Positions 48,010 through 51,756 of a stretch of 51,756 nt of DNA are shown piece after piece; the first letter of the stretch is position 1, and every line of letters begins with the position of its first letter. The position numbers and the translations under genes were made by a program. Source of the stretch: Candidatus Nomurabacteria bacterium (GTDB lineage Bacteria; Patescibacteriota; Minisyncoccia; Phycocordibacterales; UBA9973); the NCBI GenBank assembly GCA_943359475.1, contig CALRHK010000003.1:1-51756 (forward strand), written 5' to 3'. The notes beneath the pieces are model-generated. The model was not told the origin of the DNA. It made no database searches and saw nothing but the letters and a program-made list of their open reading frames with translations.

Positions 48010-49083
48010 ATGGAACTCGGTTTTTGGAAACAATTAAAGAAACCATTTTTTGCATTGGCACCGATGGCAGATGTAACTGATCCTGCATTTCGACGCATTA
48101 TCGCAAAATATGGAAAACCTGATGTCACTTGGACAGAATTTGTTTCTGCGGATGGACTCATGCTCGGTGGACGTGAGGCACTCATGAAAGATCTTGCCTA
48201 TACAGAAGCTGAGCGACCGATTGTTGCTCAGCTTTTCGGATCAAACCCTGTCACGATGCATGATGCAGTCAAGCTTTGTGCAGAGCTTGGTTTTGACGGT
48301 ATTGATATTAATATGGGTTGTCCCGACAAATCGATAGAGAAACAAGGTGCTGGCGCTGCCATGATAAAAACTCCAGATCGCGCGGTTGCAGTTATTCGTG
48401 CCGCAAAAGCGGGAATACTTGATGCTGGAAAAAATATTCCGCTTTCAGTCAAGACACGCATCGGATATGCAAAAAATGAAATTGCAACATGGATACCGCT
48501 CCTTCTTGCAGAAGATATTGCCGTACTCACACTACATTGCCGTACACGCAAGGAGCTCTCTCTTGTACCCGCGCGCTGGGAGCATGTGCGTGAAGTTGTC
48601 GCATTGCGTGATGCGATGGGCAAGGAAACACGAATCATTGGTAATGGCGATGTGCGTGACCTCAGTGATGGCTATGCAAAAGCGCGCGCGAGTGGTGCAG
48701 ATGGTGTGATGATTGGCCGTGCAGTATTTGGCAATCCGTGGCTTTTTGCGCAGAGCACAAAAAGCCACACAAACACTCTCTTAACAAAAATAAAAGATTT
48801 TTATTTCATAGTTCTTCAAAAACTTGGTTTCAAAAATAGATATTGGCTTCGTGCACAAACAACCATTACCAAAGAAGAACATCTCCGTGTGCTTGTTGAG
48901 CACTGTTTGCTTTTTGAAAAGCTTCTCGGTGACGTAAAGTCGTTTGCTGTAATGAAAAAGCATTTTAAAGCGTATGTTCATGGCTGGCCAGGTGCAAAAG
49001 AACTCCGTATGGAACTCATGCAAACACAGAATGCGACCGAAGTAGAAAAGAGTGTTGCTACCTATTTGACGTATCGCGCCTAA
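48010..49083 (+). CDS. dus: tRNA-dihydrouridine synthase
   Basis: LAPMADVTD, IDINMGCP, SVKTRIG, GNGD and MIGR..GNPW motifs. Confidence 0.95.
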   Translation: MELGFWKQLKKPFFALAPMADVTDPAFRRIIAKYGKPDVTWTEFVSADGLMLGGREALMKDLAYTEAERPIVAQLFGSNPVTMHDAVKLCAELGFDGIDINMGCPDKSIEKQGAGAAMIKTPDRAVAVIRAAKAGILDAGKNIPLSVKTRIGYAKNEIATWIPLLLAEDIAVLTLHCRTRKELSLVPARWEHVREVVALRDAMGKETRIIGNGDVRDLSDGYAKARASGADGVMIGRAVFGNPWLFAQSTKSHTNTLLTKIKDFYFIVLQKLGFKNRYWLRAQTTITKEEHLRVLVEHCLLFEKLLGDVKSFAVMKKHFKAYVHGWPGAKELRMELMQTQNATEVEKSVATYLTYRA

Positions 49084-49126
49084 CAGTGTACGCTTACAAA
49101 AAAATATTCACCAAATAACTACTGCC

Positions 49127-49510
49127 ATGGCTGCTCTTACTTGTCAGGTGCCACACAATTATCGAGAATTGTGGACGTACAAACGTCTACAGGACAAGCT
49201 CGATAGTGTGCTCGCCGAAAAATTTAAAAATGCTAAATTTGGAACTTTCCGTGGATTGAAATGGGGTCCGGAACCCTCAACAGCTCGATTTGATGTTGAG
49301 ATAAAGCTTCAAAATGGAGATTTGTGTATTGTGCGATTAAAGCTCACAACCACCAAACAGTGTATACGAGTATCACCCGATGATTCTGATGAAATGTTAC
49401 AAAAAATTCTTACCATTTCCTCCGATCCGAAGTTTCGACAGTGGCAACAGTTATTGTACTCTGGCAACTATTTATATCAGGTTGTCGAAGACGTACTGAA
49501 GGGGGAATAA
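49127..49510 (+). CDS. hypothetical protein
   Basis: ORF after dus, followed by a hairpin/T-tract. Confidence 0.6.
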   Translation: MAALTCQVPHNYRELWTYKRLQDKLDSVLAEKFKNAKFGTFRGLKWGPEPSTARFDVEIKLQNGDLCIVRLKLTTTKQCIRVSPDDSDEMLQKILTISSDPKFRQWQQLLYSGNYLYQVVEDVLKGE

Positions 49511-49609
49511 GTTCATTTCTGTGTGTGTGGGGTCATGCCGATATGGTGTGGCCCTTTTTTTGTTTTGACACCATAAGTCTCCGAGCGTATGATGGCGAAA
49601 ACTGTTCAT

Positions 49610-50152
49610 ATGAAAAACTTGCCAAAACTTACCTCTTCGCTTGCAATATTCCTCGAAGTCATTTCTACGTTTTCGACACCTCTGCAATCAAAGGGTGGAA
49701 ATTATTTTTCGATTGAACGCTATTGTGATTCAAATAAAGATCGGTATCGTTTTCCTGAAAATGGCTTGCAAGACAGCGTATTTTGTCGAAGCCATTTTGC
49801 ACGAGGAATTTCTGTCACCCTCGTATTGATGCGCTCAAAAGTTCTACTCAATACACAGACGACAATCAATATGCTGATTGATGAAGGTTTTGTCTGTGTT
49901 GGGTTTAATGGACTTGCGCATATCGTCAATTACCATATAGACGAATTCCCAAATGATAAATGGATTTTGGCTCCACACTGTAAGTTGACGCACGTACACG
50001 ATATTTTTTGTCACCCTGCAGTTGGTATCCCGTATCTAAGCAAGCAAGGTAAGCGATTGCCTCATCCTGAAATAATGTTCTCGTATTCAATACAATCACT
50101 CGATTCGATCAAAAAAGATTCGTACGTGCTCTTTGGTAAGATTGCTCCATAG
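49610..50152 (+). CDS. hypothetical protein, tandem paralog 1
   Basis: TTGACA(49565)-17-TATGAT(49588) overlaps the track ATG, so the start is placed at MKNLP 49610. Confidence 0.75.
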   Translation: MKNLPKLTSSLAIFLEVISTFSTPLQSKGGNYFSIERYCDSNKDRYRFPENGLQDSVFCRSHFARGISVTLVLMRSKVLLNTQTTINMLIDEGFVCVGFNGLAHIVNYHIDEFPNDKWILAPHCKLTHVHDIFCHPAVGIPYLSKQGKRLPHPEIMFSYSIQSLDSIKKDSYVLFGKIAP

Positions 50153-50240
50153 TTCTATTTCCGCCCCTCGCACCACGTGCTCGGGGCGGTTTCTTTTGAC
50201 ACTATAAGCCTCCGAGCGTATGATGGCAAAAACTGTTCAT

Positions 50241-50795
50241 ATGAAAAACCTACCTGTACTTTCACCCTCCTTGAGGATATTCCTTGATATGGTAAAGGAA
50301 TTTCCTACCAAAATGATCACCAGTAGTACCCACGAGCGCTTTTCGATCGAACGCTACAGCAAAGATCACGAGCAGACTATCAGATTGCCTGATACAGGGC
50401 TCAGCGATGCTCTCTTTTGTGTAGAGACAATCCCTACCGATGTATCTATCGGACTGTATCTCTTGAGAGTCAATGCGGACATAAATGCACAAACAACAAT
50501 CAAAATACTGCTCGATGAAGGCTTTCTGTGTGTAGGATTTCAAGGTCTTGCACACATTATTGATCACGATTTGAATCAATGGCATTTTGAAAAATGGATT
50601 TTGGCACCGCACTGCAAATTGGAAGGTGTGCACGATGTATTTCACCACCCGGCAAAAGGTATACCGTATTTTTCAAAAGCTGTTGGTTATCCATCAAGTA
50701 CCCGCAAATACGTGGGAAGGTTATCGTACTCATCGCATGCACTCGATACGATTCCCAAAGATCGCTACCTCCTCTTTGGTAAGATTGCTCCATAG
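50241..50795 (+). CDS. hypothetical protein, tandem paralog 2
   Basis: TTGACA(50196)-17-TATGAT(50219); shares FSIERY, DEGF.CVGF.GLAHI, KWILAPHCKL and LFGKIAP with paralog 1. Confidence 0.75.
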   Translation: MKNLPVLSPSLRIFLDMVKEFPTKMITSSTHERFSIERYSKDHEQTIRLPDTGLSDALFCVETIPTDVSIGLYLLRVNADINAQTTIKILLDEGFLCVGFQGLAHIIDHDLNQWHFEKWILAPHCKLEGVHDVFHHPAKGIPYFSKAVGYPSSTRKYVGRLSYSSHALDTIPKDRYLLFGKIAP

Positions 50796-50872
50796 TTCTA
50801 TTTCCGCCCCTCGCACGACACGTGCTCGGGGCGGTTTTTTATTTTCTCCCACAAGTCTGTTATACTTTCGGC

Positions 50873-51756
50873 ATGTCAGAACTCGCACTGTATCGAAAAT
50901 ATCGCCCAGAAACCTTTGCCGAGGTCATTGGTCAAGAGCATATTGTCAGCGTGATCGAGAGCTCGCTCAAGTCGGGCAAGATTGCGCATGCCTACCTCCT
51001 CACCGGCTCACGTGGTACTGGTAAGACGACGATTGCGCGTATTATCGCGCGCGAGCTCGGTACATCGGTCAACGATATCTATGAAATGGATGCTGCGTCA
51101 AACCGCGGTATCGATGACATCCGTGAACTCCGCGACAATGTCCGCACGATGCCGTTTGATTCGAAGTATAAAGTCTACATCATCGACGAAGTCCACATGC
51201 TCACCAAAGAAGCTTTCAACGCGCTCCTCAAAACACTCGAAGAGCCACCAGCACATGTCATCTTCATCTTAGCGACGACTGAGCTTGAAAAAGTGCCCGA
51301 CACGATCGTCTCGCGTTGTCAGACGTTTGCATTCAAGAAACCAAATGAAGCTGTCTTAAAAACTATTGTGGAGAAGACTGCTCAGAAAGAAGGTGTCTCA
51401 CTCGAGAGTGGTGCGAGCGAGCTCGTGGCACTCCTCGGTGATGGTTCGTTTCGTGACACGCTTTCGATTTTGCAAAAAGTGATTTCGTATTCGAGTGATA
51501 CGAAAATTACACGTGCTGAAGTCGAGAAGATCACCGGCGCGCCAACACTCTCACTCGTGGACGACTTTCTCTCGGCACTCACACACAAAGAAATCGCAAA
51601 AGGTCTCGCTGTTATCAAAACCGCAAGTAATCAGAACACCGATATGCGTGTCTTTCTCAAATTGGTCATTGTCCACTTGCGTGCGATCCTCCTCTTGCGT
51701 TACGCACCAGAAATGAAAGATGTATTGGTAGACACGATGGGGGAGACTGAACTCGC
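50873..51756 (+). CDS. dnaX: DNA polymerase III subunit gamma/tau (partial, runs off window; not in ORF track)
   Basis: MSELALYRKYRPETFAEVIGQ, GSRGTGKT, DAASNRGID, IDEVHML and SRC motifs. Confidence 0.96.
   Translation, partial: MSELALYRKYRPETFAEVIGQEHIVSVIESSLKSGKIAHAYLLTGSRGTGKTTIARIIARELGTSVNDIYEMDAASNRGIDDIRELRDNVRTMPFDSKYKVYIIDEVHMLTKEAFNALLKTLEEPPAHVIFILATTELEKVPDTIVSRCQTFAFKKPNEAVLKTIVEKTAQKEGVSLESGASELVALLGDGSFRDTLSILQKVISYSSDTKITRAEVEKITGAPTLSLVDDFLSALTHKEIAKGLAVIKTASNQNTDMRVFLKLVIVHLRAILLLRYAPEMKDVLVDTMGETEL

Larger units (their letters stand above)
49563..50838 (+). repeat. tandem duplication of a promoter-gene-terminator cassette (period about 631-643 bp)
   Basis: Near-identical 5' ends (49563-49618 vs 50194-50249) and an identical 45 bp 3' segment (50129-50173 vs 50772-50816). 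Confidence 0.9.

Noticed and set aside
49563-50838. Diversity-generating retroelement TR/VR pair
   Set aside because: Differences are not adenine-specific, include indels, and no reverse transcriptase is in the window
1-51756. Recoded genetic code 25 (TGA=Gly) as in Gracilibacteria/Absconditabacteria
   Set aside because: Conserved genes are intact in code 11, and TGA ends def, DUF167 and dprA at expected lengths

Overview
A 51.8 kb chromosomal segment of a bacterium that is very likely a Patescibacteria/CPR member (Parcubacteria-like). This is inferred from the short S1 and IF2, a Zn-module-less DnaX, a C-terminally truncated Rel, an array of TrbC/VirB2-like pilins and many orphan genes. TGA is used as a stop codon, so the genetic code is 11. 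The backbone is housekeeping: uppP, truB, raiA/hpf, fmt, def, hisS, lepB, pth, rpsA, gyrA, rbfA, infB, iscS, clpB, rpmG, miaA, parB, relA, topA, dprA, serS, ftsQ, dus and a partial dnaX. There are seven tRNAs and interspersed monocistronic accessory genes, including a eukaryote-type arginine kinase and a SET-domain protein. The most notable non-coding signals are four. (1) A family of 130-144 bp structured elements behind three tRNAs; each duplicates the tRNA 3' end, carries a segment antisense to its host tRNA's T-arm and shows covariation, and a possible orphan copy lies at the window start. (2) A candidate compact 6S-like RNA divergent from relA. (3) Pervasive leaderless gene architecture, with a -10 box 6-7 nt before the start codon. 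(4) Shared promoter-leader or terminator modules on orphan genes, including a tandem cassette with near-identical ends and a diverged core. All calls are from reading the sequence; no database searches were run.
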